This document shows, piece after piece, positions 29,211 to 43,288 of a stretch of DNA of 64,000 nt. Under the pieces are notes generated by a model that made no database searches, was not told the DNA's origin, and was given only the letters and a program-made list of their open reading frames with translations. Every line of letters begins with the position of its first letter. Position 1 is the stretch's first letter. The translations under genes and the position numbers were made by a program. Origin of the DNA: Eledone cirrhosa (Eukaryota); contig OZ024742.1 in the NCBI GenBank assembly GCA_964016885.1, positions 278,752,001 to 278,816,000 on the forward strand, given 5' to 3'.

Positions 29211-29288
29211 ACACACACACACACTCACACCTATATGTATATACATATATATATAAAGATAGATAAATAGATAGCCAGGTAGATAGAA

Positions 29289-29328
<40 letters not shown>

Positions 29329-29953
29329 GTAGATATATTGATAGATATATATATATAAATATGTATGTATGTATACGTACATACATATATGTATACAGAC
29401 GTACAGTAGTATGTATATATATATACACACATGCACACATATATACATGCACGTATCGGTTTACCGAAACTTTATTATAATACTTGGTTTGTTTGTTTGT
29501 AGACAAACAAACAGCCCGAATTACGCCGTACAGTGTTTAGGCAACCACGTCACCTTTTTGATCAACACTGACACAGGAACGATGTACTAGCGTCAAGCAT
29601 ATTAGCTATCGTCAGCATCGTATACCTTCCTGCAAGAGAGTTGAACGTCTGAAAGTATATACTTTCCTTATGCATATTAACGGCTGAGCATATGCAAATT
29701 GGGCTGCTCAGCCGTTAATATGCATAAGGAAAGTATATACTTTCAGACATTCAACCATACAAACCGAGCATTATAATAAATGTTCGGTAAACTGATACGT
29801 GCATATATATATGTGTGCATGTGTGTATATATATACATACTACTGTACGTCTGTATACATATATGTATGTACGTATACATACATACATATATACTTGCAT
29901 TTAAGTAAGTGCCGTACTAAGAGTGAGAAATGAAATTTCGTTTCATTCTATTC

Positions 29954-29990
<37 letters not shown>

Positions 29991-30387
29991 ATATATATAT
30001 ATACATACATATATATAAAGATAGATAAATAGATAGATATATATATAATAAATAGATATATATATATAAAGATAGATAAATAGATAGATATATATATAAT
30101 AAATAGATATATATATATAAATGTAAAAAAACGAAACGAAATTTCATTTCTCACTCTTAGTACGGCTGTTACTTAAATATAAGTATGTATACGTACATAC
30201 ATATATGTATACAGATGTACAGTAGTATGTATATGTATACATACATGCACACATATATATGTACGTATGGATTCACCGAACATTTATTATAATGCTCGGT
30301 TTGTTTGTAAACAAACAAACATCCCGAATTAAGCCGTACAGTGTTTAGCAACCATCGTTGCCTTTTTGTTCAACACTGACAAAGGAA

Positions 30388-30428
30388 CGATGTACTAGTT
30401 TCAAGCTTATTAGCTATCGTCAGCACCG
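30388..30428 (-). ncRNA. Type I minimal hammerhead ribozyme
   Basis: CGGUG-CUGACGA-UAGCUAAUAAGCUU-GAAAC-UA-GUA^CAUCG. Confidence 0.75.
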
Positions 30429-30703
30429 TATACCTTCCTGTCAGATGATGTGTGCATGTATGTATATATATACATACTACTGTACGTCTGTATACATATA
30501 TGTTTGTACGTATACATACTTATATTTAAGTAACAGCCGTACTAAGAGTGAGAAATGAAATTTCGTTTCATTTTTTTCATTTATTGTTTTCGGTGCGCCC
30601 GGTCGATTAACTCACTCAATATGCATATTAGGCTGCTCAGCCGTTAATATGCATAAGTAAAGTATATACTTTCAGACGTTCAGTCATCTGGCAGGGAGGT
30701 ATA

Positions 30704-30744
30704 CGGTGCTGACGATAGCTAATAAGCTTGAAACTAGTACATCG
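30704..30744 (+). ncRNA. Type I minimal hammerhead ribozyme
   Basis: CGGUG-CUGACGA-UAGCUAAUAAGCUU-GAAAC-UA-GUA^CAUCG; stem III is palindromic (ACUAGU). Confidence 0.75.
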
Positions 30745-30934
30745 TTCCTTTGTCAGTGTTGTGTTCGACAATGAAGGGCAACGATGGTTGCTAAACACTG
30801 TGTGGCTTAATTCGGGATGTTTGTTTGTTTACAAACAAACCGAGCATTATAATAAATGTTCGGTATATCCATACGTACATATATATATGTACGTATACAT
30901 ACTTATATGTATATATATATGTATATATATATTT

Positions 30935-30987
<53 letters not shown>

Positions 30988-30993
30988 CACACA

Positions 30994-31108
<115 letters not shown>

Positions 31109-31537
31109 GTATATATAGGTAGATAGATAGATAGATTAACAATGAGATATCGAAGTTTCAGTTCAACTATTTATATTCTTTATCAAACGTAACACGTGTT
31201 TCATGTTTAACAAATGACCTGCTCGGCGACTTAGTCGATTACAATTAGCTTCAACTCTGGGAGAAAAAAAGGCAAACATATTCCGGTACTGATTTCCACT
31301 GCATCTAATGAGCATGTTTGATTTTGAATGAAATAACTTAAACCTCAATCAATCATTCTTGATATATACACTCCACATGTTATGTCAATAAAAAAAATAC
31401 ATATGTCAGTGCCAATGCACCTTTTAACACAGAATATCTAATTACCGTAAAAGCAGAGAGTGCTCAGACCAATAAAAATATATAATTATTCATCAGCTGA
31501 CTACACTCACACACAGACCCACATACACACACACACA

Positions 31538-31684
<147 letters not shown>

Positions 31685-32303
31685 ATAATAGGCTGCCCGT
31701 TGCAAATGGTGGGGCATGTGAAAAAGTAGGTCCTTCATCAGTGACCCTGCAACCGTCCCAGGCATTTCATCGCTTTAAGGGCCATATGCCTCAGGTTGGT
31801 GCGAACAACGGCTAAAAAAAGTCGTTGGGACACGTAAACAAAGGGGACGCCAGGGTAACAAACAAAAAAGTTTAAGCAACGGAAAGTGAGAAGAAATAGA
31901 CAAGTCCCAGATCTCTATGAATATAAACTCGGTGAAATCGTGAACAAGAGACAAAAGACCATCAAACCTGGTTGAAATGTGAGCAAGGAAAGAATTTCGC
32001 CCAAGTTTGACGGGGGGGAAAAAAAAGAGAGAGGAAAGAGAGAAGAAGAAGAAGAAGAAGAAGAAGAAGAAGAAGAAGAAGAAGAAGAAGAAGAAGAAGA
32101 AGAAGAAGAAGAAGGGGTCTGGTCTACGAATTCGGTAAACGTAAGTTTTGTGAAGTCGCAGACGAAAGAGAGAGAGAAAACAATTTCCATACCAGCTTGG
32201 TCAAGACCGCGCGAGAAAAGAATTACACACAGGTCAAACTTGAAGGAGGAGGAGGAGGAGAGGTAGTGACAGAGAATATATATATATATAGGAGAAAGTA
32301 TGA

Positions 32304-32398
32304 CCCCGACGGCAGAGCTCAAGCCGTTTCGACGGCTATTTCTGGACTAAATTAGAATTTTTAGCCTGGTGAATAAATAGTCGAACTTGTCAAGGGGG
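32304..32398 (-). ncRNA. Penelope pLTR hammerhead, U3-A8 variant, long stem II
   Basis: CCCC-UUGACAA-G..CUAUUU...AAAUAG..C-GAA-ACGGC-loop-GCCGU-C^GGGG. Confidence 0.6.
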
Positions 32399-35300
32399 TA
32401 CTTCCTTATATGGGAAGATTGTAGTTGTCAAGAGGATTGGTTAAAATTTGTTGTAAACACAAATAATTCTATTATGGCATTTGGTGGGGGTAGGGTTGGC
32501 TGAACTTGCCTGTAGAACAATAGGGGAGTGAGTGGAGCGGTCAAGCGTTGAAAGTGATATGCATACAGCAGATTCTAAGGATAGTGTATGAAGTGGAGGA
32601 GGGTGGTTATAAAATAGGTAAATCGAATGAGAGTAGGAGACAATAAAAGATAATAGAAAGAAAGAAAAAATATATAAAATTAGATAATGAGAAATGAATA
32701 AAAAAAATCACGATGCTATCAGGTTAATAAGTTGAGAATAGAAAAAAACTTGTACAAATTGAGTAGTAACAAAACTGATACAACATTAAAGGGGTTTAAC
32801 TCATCTGATATAAATAGTTCGTAAAACGTATTCGGCCAATTCTATCTTAAAATTACAGGGGTGGGGGAGCTGATGCTAAAGAGGCCCGATGGGCTGCATC
32901 GGGGTAGGCGAAAAGGGGAAAACAGACGAGGAAGAAAATAGGGGGTGGAAGGAAGTGATAGGATGAGACAGGGGGAAGAAGAAGACAAAGAGGAAAAGAA
33001 AAGTGATACATACCTATGTAAGCTGGGGTTTCCCCTAACTTATTCGGCAAGTGGGGAGGTATCAGCCCTTGTCTACCCACCCGGGTGGTTATAGGGTTTT
33101 GAGGGCGAGGTAAGTCCTACGCAATCTGTGTTTGCATGCGGTTACCAGTTCGTCTTTCTTGTTTAGGAGTTGGTCCTTCGAAAACAGAATTTGTAATGTT
33201 TCCTGCGAGCATAAGTTATACGGACGGCGTCCTCCCGTGTAAGATTGTAGGTTATATTATTATCTTGGAGGTCTCAGATGTGGCCCGAAAGTGTAGTGGC
33301 ATGTCGTCTGACCGGTTTTCGGAAAGTATGTCGGTGTTGGTAGAGCCGGGTCTTGAAATCACACGCGGTTAATCCTATATAAGCTTTGTTCGAGGTGTCC
33401 GTCTTCACGTTGCACTGGTAGATCACGTTACGTTCTCGGCATTTGTTGTTGAGGGGGCACGTAGATCTATCAGGGCAGTTACACCTCCTGGTCGGCTCTC
33501 CACTGATGTCTAGGTTATTTCTTCCATAGGGGTTGAGTTTTTTGTTGGTTGAGGAGACGTTGTTTTGTACGAAGTTAGGTGTGGTGCTGTAGTAGATTTT
33601 GATGATGTTTTTGTTGATTATGTTATGGTAGCGGTGTTGTAGTGGGAAGTGTTATTCGCGGAGTCTAAAGAAGATTTTCCCAATAGGTGTTGCCACCTCG
33701 GCATTATGGGGAGGATTGAACCATGTTACGTGGCGTGAACGGCGGTGTCGCCTGCTAGTGCCTCTAAGGGAAGCTGGATAAAAGGATATTTCCTCTCGGA
33801 AGGAACTCCGCTTGAGGGCCTGGTTGTAATGAGGCGCGTGTTCCTCGAATATCTGCTCATTAGCGGACAAACGAGATATGCGGAGGGAGATGTTTTAACC
33901 AGGTTATTGGTGATGTTTCTAGGATGGTTAGAGCGGCGGTGGATGTAGTGCAGGTTGTCGTTTGGTTTCCTGTATGGGTAGTACAGATAATTTTCGAGGT
34001 TACGGGTAACGTCCAGGAAGTTGGCTCGGGTTAGGGACGTTTGTAAGGAGATTTTAAATCCCCAGTCCCCGAAGAAGTTGATTAGTAGTTTACGGACCCG
34101 GTCTGTACTACTGGGGCTGTACCCTTTGAGGGTGAGGAGCCCATCAGCCCGGTACAATCCACCGCCAAATGCAGGAAACATTTCGGCGAGTTTAAATCGT
34201 ATGAATAATCCTATAAGATCTGTGACCACGGCCGAATCCGGCGCGCCCATACTGACGTCGAAGGGGGAGTCCGGAGCTCTCTTTATCCACTTGGAGTTGT
34301 CGAAAAGTAGGACTGTCTTCCTGGCGTGGAGAATGATATTTCTTTCCTGGTCAGTGATGGGTGTGAGTGTTTCGGCAAAGTCCAAGGCGGCCGTAAGGAG
34401 CGGTAAGGTAATAGATGCATCTGTAACTCTCTATCTCAAACTGGATGAATTTTGTGTCTCGTTTGTCCTCCATATTGCTGAACCGTGAGATTACTTTCTG
34501 GGGGCTGACCCATAGGCTAAGTCTCACATTTTGCTTAAATTTTGGTATAACTCGGTCTAGGAGCTTTTTACTCAAACAACAAAACCTATGGAAGAAATAA
34601 CCTAGACATCAGTGGAGAGCCGACCAGGAGGTGTAACTGCCCTGATAGATCTACGTGCCCCCTCAACAACAAATGCCGAGAACGTAACGTGATCTACCAG
34701 TGCAACGTGAGGACGGACACCTCCAACAAAGCTTATATAGGATTAACCGCGTGTGACTTCAAGACCGGTTCTACCAACAACGACATACTTTCCGAAACCC
34801 GTCATCGACATGCCACTACACTTTCGGGCCACATCTGGGACCTCCAAGATAATAATATAACCTACAATCTCGCTTGGAGCTTACTGTCCAGAGCTAACTC
34901 TTACACGGGAGGACGCCGTCTGTGTAACTTATGCACGGAGGAAACATTACAAATGCTGTTATCGAAGGACCAACTCCTAAACAAGAAAGACGAACTGGTA
35001 ATCGCATGCAAACACAGATTGCGTAGGACTTACCTCGACCTCAAACCCCATAACGACCCGGGTGGGTAGACAAGGGCTGATACCCCCCACTTGCCGAATA
35101 AGTTAGGGGAAACCGCAGCTTTCATAGGTAGATGTATCACTTTTCTTTTCCTCTTTGTCTTCTTACCCTTGGCTCATCCTATCACTTCCTTCCACCCCTT
35201 ATTTTCTTCCTCGTCTGCTTTTCCCCTTTCGCCTTGCCCCATGCAGCCCATCGGGCCCTGTAGCATCAGTTCCCCCACCCCTGTAATTTTAAGATAGAAA

Positions 35301-35714
35301 TGGCCGAATACGTTTTACTAACTACTTATGGCAGATGTGTTAAACCCCTTTAATTTTGTATCAGTTCTGTTACTACTCAAATTTCTACAAGTTTTTTTCT
35401 ATTCTCAACTTATTAACCTGTAATTGTAAGATAGCATCGTGATTTTTTTAATTCATTTCTCACTATCTAATTTTATATATTTTTTATTTATTTCTATTAT
35501 CTTTTATCGTCTCCTACTCTCATTGGATTTTCCTATTCTATAACCTCCCTCCTCCACTTCATACACTATCCTTAGAATCTGCTTTATACATATTACTTTC
35601 AACGCTTGACTGCTCCACTCACTCCCCTATTGTTCTACAGGCAATTCAGCCACCCCTACCTCCGACCAAATGCCATGATAAACTTATTTGTGTTTACAAC
35701 AAATTTTAACCAAT

Positions 35715-35808
35715 CCTCTTGACAAGTTCGTCTAATTATTAACCAAGCTGAAAATTCTAATTTAGTCCAGAAATAGCCGTCGAAACGGCTCGAGCTCTGC
35801 CGTCGGGG
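35715..35808 (+). ncRNA. Penelope pLTR hammerhead, U3-A8 variant, inverted copy
   Basis: CCUC-UUGACAA...GAAACGGC-UCGAGCUCU-GCCGUC^GGGG. Confidence 0.55.
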
Positions 35809-35900
35809 TCATACTTTTTCCTATTTCCCACTCTACTACCCTAAGTATTGAGTACTCTGGTGCGTTATGGTCCATCTGTTTTCTTATCACAATTCCTTTG

Positions 35901-35936
<36 letters not shown>

Positions 35937-35940
35937 TTAG

Positions 35941-36295
35941 GGTAAATATTGATGCAATCCAATTCAAGCACTCAACGTATTTTTCCACATAGGAGTGACG
36001 GAGTAAATTTCAAATGCGATTTGGTGCAGGATAATAGGGGTTTATCTTAGTTTTTGTTTCCGCGTATTTCTCCTACCGAAAGTTATTATTATGCCCGTCC
36101 AGTGTCAGGGGTTTCCATCCCCATGGTAGAGGACATTTCCTGGTGTAGCTCGTGGTTGGTTCCTCTCTTCTCCACCATATCGGTTACATCATAGAGCGCT
36201 CAACTAATTGGGGCTAAATTCTTAGCGTAAATATTGATGCAATTCAATTCAAGCACTCAGCGTACTTTTTCCACATAGGAGTGACGGAGTAAATA
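35941..36295. repeat. ~65-bp direct repeat pair (~35944 and ~36229)
   Basis: AAATATTGATGCAAT.CAATTCAAGCACTCA...CCACATAGGAGTGACGGAGTAAAT twice. Confidence 0.75.
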
Positions 36296-36956
36296 TCGAA
36301 TAAGGAAAAGAGAAGTAGTTTCAGATGTTCAAGTCCTTTAATATTTCAATGACGACACTGGCCACACTGTTCTGTGTGCCAGTGTCGCGACATCTTCAGA
36401 CAGCTTGTTACATAATAAGGTTATGTTTCCGAGGCAATCCAAATTGAATCGACATGGGAACGGACGAAGTGTGTGCTTTTGGGTTCTTCATCCGTTTCCC
36501 TTTGAGTACCAATTCACCCCCACCGGTCTGCGCAGACGCATGTCCGAAGGAATTTGACCATTAGCTACCGGAGATTTCAACGAAATTCGCTTAGTCAGTT
36601 CCCCATCTCAGCCCAACAATGACCCAATTAGGCCTGTACCATAGTTTACTACTACCCATCCAGTCTGTGGCAGCCCGCCGAAAGCCAGAGGGGATGGGAG
36701 AGTGTTAGTATTTACAGGTCCCAATACTACCTCTCACCAAGCATGGACAGTACAACTGACCATCAACCCCTAAGAGAAAATATACTTAATTCTAGGTATC
36801 ATGGTTTTATATTGGAAGTTATGAGTGATAGTTGGAAATAAAAATAAAAATTTAAAATCGAAAATCCTAAATCAAATATCAGAAATTATAAATTAAAAAA
36901 TTAAAAAATTAAAAAATTAACAATTAGAAATTAAAAAAATATTTCAAGTGAGAATC

Positions 36957-37133
36957 AGGATTGAGGTGAGTAAAAAAACATAGATTGAAGTGAGTAAATA
37001 ACATGCAGAGAGATGTTTAAGGAAGAAGTTCTGAAAGGGGTGGGAATCCGGATTGAGGTGAGTAAAAAAACATATAGATTCAAGTGAGTAAATAACATGC
37101 ACAGTGATGTTTAAGTAAGAAGTTCTGAAAGGG
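36957..37133. repeat. ~90-bp tandem duplication
   Basis: GGATTGAGGTGAGTAAAAAAACATA...GAAGTTCTGAAAGGG twice. Confidence 0.8.
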
Positions 37134-37929
37134 CACTAATGTCACAGTTACACTATCCATATATAGAACGATAGTGCAGTACAGTAGAACGGTGGGTAAA
37201 TTACAGTATTAAAGGCAGTAGTCAATCTGGTACATAGTCATAATTTCCTTCACATGTAACAAAACAAAAAAAACAGATATAAAGTACACAAAAGAAAAGA
37301 ACCAATAATGAATAAATGCAAAAACAGAGTACATATATGCAAAACGATCCATATTTCTACCCTTAGGGTATCGTTCGCTTTCGGAAATATCCTATCAAGG
37401 ATAAAATCTGGAGCTTTGTACTCATCATGAAACAAACTCATTTGGACAAAGAATTTTCTTAAGTGATCCCCGCCAGAAACGAATTCAAAATGGCTAAGAA
37501 CTGTGACGTGGCAGTGGTCAAGTTTGAAAGAATGTGATTGGTGAGGTAGATAGATAGATATCTTTCTATGTTTATCCCGGGTACAATCGGGGGTAACCAC
37601 AATAAGTAAAGTACTCGATACATAGCAGAGTATAAATCTCTATATACAAAACTGTTGTTGCCTGTGTGTGTGTGTGGCCTCATTTTTGCAAAGTCTATAC
37701 AAATCCACATTTCTACTCTGATTGACTTCAAACTTGTATTTATATATTCCTTGCGGTCTAAAGATACTAACTGCAGCTTTTATTTTTCAATTTTCTCTTG
37801 TTAAAGGGGTGTTAGGCGCCGGTTATCGATCTCCGTCGAGCCCTTATAATATATGTCCGTATGTCTGACTGTCTGCATTACGACATTCTGACGAACACGT
37901 CATTGCTGACGTATTATCTTCGCTACATT

Positions 37930-37960
<31 letters not shown>

Positions 37961-38098
37961 ATATATATATATATATATACATATACACACACATATATAA
38001 ACATATACACATATATACATATACAAACACATATACACATATATATATATATATACACATATACATATATATAAATATACAATTAAAGACATATGTAT

Positions 38099-38203
<105 letters not shown>

Positions 38204-38326
38204 TATATATATACATACATACACACACACATACATATATATATGCATACATACACACACATGTATATATATATATATATATAAGTAAGTATCTTTTGAA
38301 ACAGTGAGCAGGTTTGGAATTAGAAA

Positions 38327-38543
38327 ATAGAATAGCTTTCACCGTATTTTTGACTAAATACATTTTAGTCTGATAATGGGGTTTAGAACCCTCAGATAAA
38401 TGGAAACAAGATGAGTATTGACGTACATGTACATGTACTCCCATGTACGTCAATACTCATCTTTTTCCATTTATCTGAGGGTTCTAAACCCCATTATCAG
38501 AGTAAAATTTCTTTAGTCAAAAATATGGTGAAAGCTATTCTAT
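38327..38543. repeat. Near-perfect palindrome with ~100-bp arms
   Basis: AGAATAGCTTTCACC...GAGTATTGACGTACATG / CATGTACGTCAATACTC...GGTGAAAGCTATTCT. Confidence 0.85.
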
Positions 38544-38696
38544 ATATATATATATATATAATATATATATATATATACACAGATACATTGTAGGTCACTT
38601 TACCCGTCTATTATTATTCAAAATCTTCTTGCCAATAAATATTTAAATAAATGTTTCATAAATATATGTGCGTGAGTGTCTGGGTGTGTCCTTGTG

Positions 38697-38764
<68 letters not shown>

Positions 38765-39321
38765 CCTGTCTCTCGCTCTCTCACACACACTCTCTCTCTC
38801 TTTCGCTCTGTGTACGTGTGTGTATGTGACTACTTATACACATTAACAGTGGTTCGACAAAAAAGAAACATAAGCCATATAATGGGGTCGATGTTATCGA
38901 GTAAATCCTTTGTAGACGGTGCACTAGTATTGTCACATTCTCTTATCTGGAATCAGGAAAAGAATAAAATAATATATATTGAAACATTGTAAGAATTGAT
39001 ACCAGTATCGGTACTAATATTTTCCAATAATATCTGGTCAATATTTAAATAGGTTTCGATGTTATTAAAATGTCAGAAACTTCTTGAAGAACGAAAATAC
39101 TGATCCGTTGTATAATACGTTAACAGATGAAGCTTCTAATTATTCCTTATAGCTCAAGTTAATTCATTTAAAGTGAAATAATACTTGAGTATAGAAATGT
39201 AAATAGATTGCATATTTTGGAAGGTTATAAATTCTGCATATATTGTGGCATCACATTCAAGCAGGAAATCTTATTGCACTTGTTCGAGTTCGAACACGCT
39301 GTCACCCAAAAAGTATTCTTC

Positions 39322-39423
<102 letters not shown>

Positions 39424-39474
39424 TATAGTTATGTATACACTATATACAACTATAAACAGGAAGGGTCAGTAATT

Positions 39475-39511
<37 letters not shown>

Positions 39512-40224
39512 TTTGACATCTCGGTTTTATGTTTGGTTCCTTTTTTCTTCTCCCCCCCCCTTTCCCTTTTTTTACTTACTCAGTTTTATGCGTGTGCATG
39601 CAAACAGGTTCATATGCGTGAGTATAAGTATGTGTGTGTGTGTGTGTGTGTATGTACGTATCGAACGTATGGATGTGTAAGTGCGCGTGTGTATATAAGC
39701 ATATATATTTTTGCATTTCTTTTGTGAGACATGCGTGTCTGTGTATGTATGTACCCTTTTTTTGTCTTTTTTTGTCTTCTTTTCTTTAATTTTTTCTTTC
39801 TAAAAATATTTTTTCTTTCTAATTTATCGTTACATTTTTATAAATATATCGAGATTGATACTTTTCTTTTAATTATTACACTCCCTTACCCCTTTTACTT
39901 CCGCATCTAAGTGTACGAGTGTGCAGGCGTTTTATGCGCGCGCCTTCATATTCATATATTTATGATGAAACTATTCTGTCTGTAGATTACAGACATATAG
40001 ATACATTTGCCCTTAATTTTAGAATTACGCACACTTTCTCACTATACGTATACATGTGTGCATATACATATATGCACATCTGTGAGCGTATATACATACA
40101 TATACACACACCTAACCATATTTCTTGATAGATTTTTTTATATATTTCAATTTCTATTTCATTTGTCTATATCTTTTTTTTGATTTTCTTGATGAGTTTT
40201 TTTAAGTATTTACCCATGTTTTAT

Positions 40225-40302
40225 ATTGCCTCGTCTGACGAACGAATGAAGTCGTTTATTTCGTATTCGCCTCATTCGGGAAACCTCTGGTAATGAGGTA
40301 AT
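40225..40302 (+). ncRNA. Type I hammerhead ribozyme, well formed
   Basis: UUGCCUCGU-CUGACGA-A-CGAAUGA...UCAUUCG-G-GAA-ACC-UCU-GGU-A^AUGAGGUAA; 9-bp stem I and 7-bp stem II. Confidence 0.8.
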
Positions 40303-40322
40303 TATATTGTATTGATTTTTAT

Positions 40323-40349
<27 letters not shown>

Positions 40350-40358
<9 letters not shown>

Positions 40359-41338
40359 TATGTATACGTACATACATATATGCATACAGACGTACAATAG
40401 TATGTATATATATAAATACATGCACACATATATATATGTACGTATCGTTTTTACAGAACATTTATTATAATGCTTGGTTTGTTTGTAAACCAACAAACAT
40501 CCCGAATAAAGCCGTACAGTGTTTAGCAACCGTCGTTGCCCTTTTGTTCAACAATGACAAAGGAACGATGTACTAGTTTCAAGCTTATTAGCTATCGTCA
40601 GCATCGTATACCTTCCTGCCAGATGATTGAACATCTGAAAGTATATACTTTCCTTATGCATATTAACGGCTGAGCAGCCTAATTTGCATATCGAGTGAGT
40701 TAGTTGGCTGGGCGCACCGAAAACGATAAATGGAAAAAACGAAACGAAATTTCATTTCTCACTCTCAATACGGCTGTTACTTAAATTTAAGTATGTACAG
40801 TTACATACATATATATATATACAGACGTACAGTAGTATGTATATATATATATATATACATGCACACATATATATATATGTACGTATCGTTTTTACCGAAC
40901 ATTTATTATAATGCGCGGTTTGCAAATTAGGCTGCTCAGCCGTTAATATGCATAAGGAAAGTATATACTTTCAGACGTTCAATCATCTGGCAGGAAGGTA
41001 TACGATGCTGACAATAGCTACTAAGCTTGAAACTAGTACATCGTTCCTTTGTCAGTTTTGAACAAAAGGGCAACGATGGTTGCTAAACACTGTACGGCTT
41101 AATTCGGGCTGTTTGCTTGTTTACAAACAAACCGAGCATTATAATAAATGTTCGGTAAAAACGATACGTACATATATATATGTGTGCATGTATGTATATA
41201 TATACATACTACTGTACGTCTGTATACATACTACTGTACGTCTGTATACATATATGTATGTACGTATACATACTTATATTTAAGTAACAGCCGTACTAAG
41301 AATGAGGAATGAAATTTCGTTTCATTTTTTCCATTTAT
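40350..41338. mobile_element. Second cluster of the ~430-bp hammerhead repeat family
   Basis: About 1.3 tandem units on the minus strand (40350-40920), then an inverted unit on the plus strand. HHR at 40566-40606 (-) is intact; the one near 41003-41043 (+) has CUGACAA. Confidence 0.85.
40566..40606 (-). ncRNA. Type I minimal hammerhead ribozyme
   Basis: CGAUG-CUGACGA-UAGCUAAUAAGCUU-GAAAC-UA-GUA^CAUCG. Confidence 0.75.
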
Positions 41339-41345
41339 ATATATA

Positions 41346-41992
41346 CTAGCATTAAAGCCCGGCGTTGCTCGGGGTCAGTAAGTTACCAAAGTTAGGTTAC
41401 ACCACCCATTTTATGGCAGCACTTTTTTGTCTGCCAGGCACTGGGTGAATGAATTGCAGACCTGGACTGCCGAAGCAGGAGCTGCGCCAGCAGTGACAAT
41501 TGTAGTTTTGCCTATGGATATTATCTCTGTGCAAAGAAGTGTTGAAATTTATTGTCTCACAGTACTTGCGCAACACGCGCGTAGACGATGCCAGCCGAAC
41601 AACAGAGCTGCGATGGAGTTGTTCTGCATGGTTGTCTAATGTGTGTTTTCTAAATTTAAAACAGTAGGGAGGGGTGAGATGTGGGGGAGAGTTAGCTGCT
41701 GTTTCTAGCAGGTTTAGTGAACCCATAGAGTATATTATTGTGTATAGTAAATAAATTGATACTTCTTTCTTCCACGTTCGTTGAGAGATGTTTTAAAAAA
41801 GATTTAATAAGTTAATACTTCTTTCTTCCACGTTCGTTGAGAGATGTTTAAAAAAATATTTATCGCTGTTTTTTTGTTGTTGAATAAATTACCTGTTGCT
41901 TTTGAATAATTGTTGTTTCGTATGAAATGTAATAATCTGTGTTGTCATTGAAGTAAACAAATGTTTGACCGTTCCACACTCAAAAACAAACG

Positions 41993-42037
<45 letters not shown>

Positions 42038-42407
42038 CCGATCTCTGTCTGTCTCTCTCTCTCTCTTTATCTCTCCCCCTCTCTCTCTCTCTCTTCGGCG
42101 TTCCTAAAGGAAGTTTGTAAGTTTAAGCGTATATAAGAGAAAGTTGCAGCATGTATGTAGTTTTATCGAATTTTAAGGGAGTAGAGAGAGGTAAGCAGAT
42201 TCTATTAGAGGGGTAAAGCGTCATATATTTAGTTTTATCGATTATTTCCGTAATTGTGGGTGAGTTTGAAATAAATAAATAGTCGTTGACCTAAGTTAGA
42301 CCATTTAAAACATTCTTACAGACATTCATTCGAATCGGTTTGAAATTGTGCAAATGTATAAAATTGAAACATACATACAGACACAACAATCTGCCTTTTA
42401 TAGATAA

Positions 42408-42410
<3 letters not shown>
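41346..42410 (-). mobile_element. Non-autonomous Helitron
   Basis: The minus strand starts TCATTATCTATAAAA and ends with hairpin CCCGAGCAACGCCGGG followed by ...CTAG. Inserted between A and T in (TA)n. Confidence 0.8.
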
Positions 42411-42449
<39 letters not shown>

Positions 42450-42684
42450 GAATAATCGAGTATCGAAAAATCGGCGCACGAGTTCACAATAAACAAAATT
42501 CGATATGAGCGGCAGAGGGCTCAATAATTCAGATAAATCAGAGCTATAACTATCGTTAAAATACCGTCACACATAGAACAAGTCTATAATCAACCGTACG
42601 ACCGAAAGATTGCGATCTGGAAGATTCGGGACATTCAGAAAAAAATATCAAAAAATCAATAAATCAAATGAATGTAAAAAGCAT

Positions 42685-42822
42685 ACCCGGACCCGCTAGA
42701 AAGATGGTAAATCTAGCTTCTTGGGTTTCTGTAAATCCTTAAACTGCCCTCTATCAGCTCACATAAAAATATATGAGACTTCTAGAAGCCAGCGGACAGG
42801 AAATTTTACTTCCTCAACGAGC
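42685..42822 (-). ncRNA. Possible extended hammerhead (U3-G8)
   Basis: GCUCG-UUGAGGA-long stem II-GAA-ACCC...GGGU-C^CGGGU, between ~50-bp direct repeats at ~42446 and ~43061. Confidence 0.35.
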
Positions 42823-43241
42823 CTTTGTCCGAACGAATGAAAAGGCATAACCCAGGCTGAAGGAACGCACATGTAATTCAGCAAGGGAGATAACCTCTAC
42901 ATCCGCAAAAAATATTCGGGAAAATGTGGAAATACACATATCGAATAAGCGTGCTCAATAGACATGTTAAAATAAACAGGAGCTATTCATCATTTAATAG
43001 AATCGACAAAAAATGAACAATAAAATTAACTGGTAAATAGCTAGGTCTAGAGCTAAATATAGTAGAATAATCGAGTATCGAAAAATCGGCGCACGAGTTC
43101 ACGATAAATTAGCGAGAATCGCATTGAGCTATTTCACTTACTGATAATAAGGTAGTAATAAATTACTGACCTTTCCTGTTTATAGTTGTATATAGTGTAT
43201 ACATAACTATAAATAATATTATTATTATTATTATATATATA

Positions 43242-43288
<47 letters not shown>

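Larger units (their letters stand above)
29365..30910. mobile_element. Cluster of the ~430-bp hammerhead-bearing non-coding repeat family, in alternating orientations
   Basis: Blocks GCTGCTCAGCCGTTAATATGCATAAG, ACAAACCGAGCATTATAATAAATGTTCGG and GAGTGAGAAATGAAATTTCG recur on both strands. Confidence 0.85.
32290..35900 (-). mobile_element. Penelope-like retroelement, 5'-truncated, with an inverted duplicate of its 3' part
   Basis: Minus-strand RT remnant (FDVSMGAPDSA, GLYRADGL, NFLDV, YIHRRSNHP, WFNPP). GIY-YIG remnant on both strands (IYQC...YIGLT...CNLCTEE at 34689-35069). About 32295-33535 mirrors about 34580-35815. Confidence 0.92.

Noticed and set aside
31725-31775. CUGAUGA on the minus strand
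   Set aside because: No correctly placed GAAA or stem III. The same applies to CUGANGA at ~2331, ~4698, ~37888 and ~58306.
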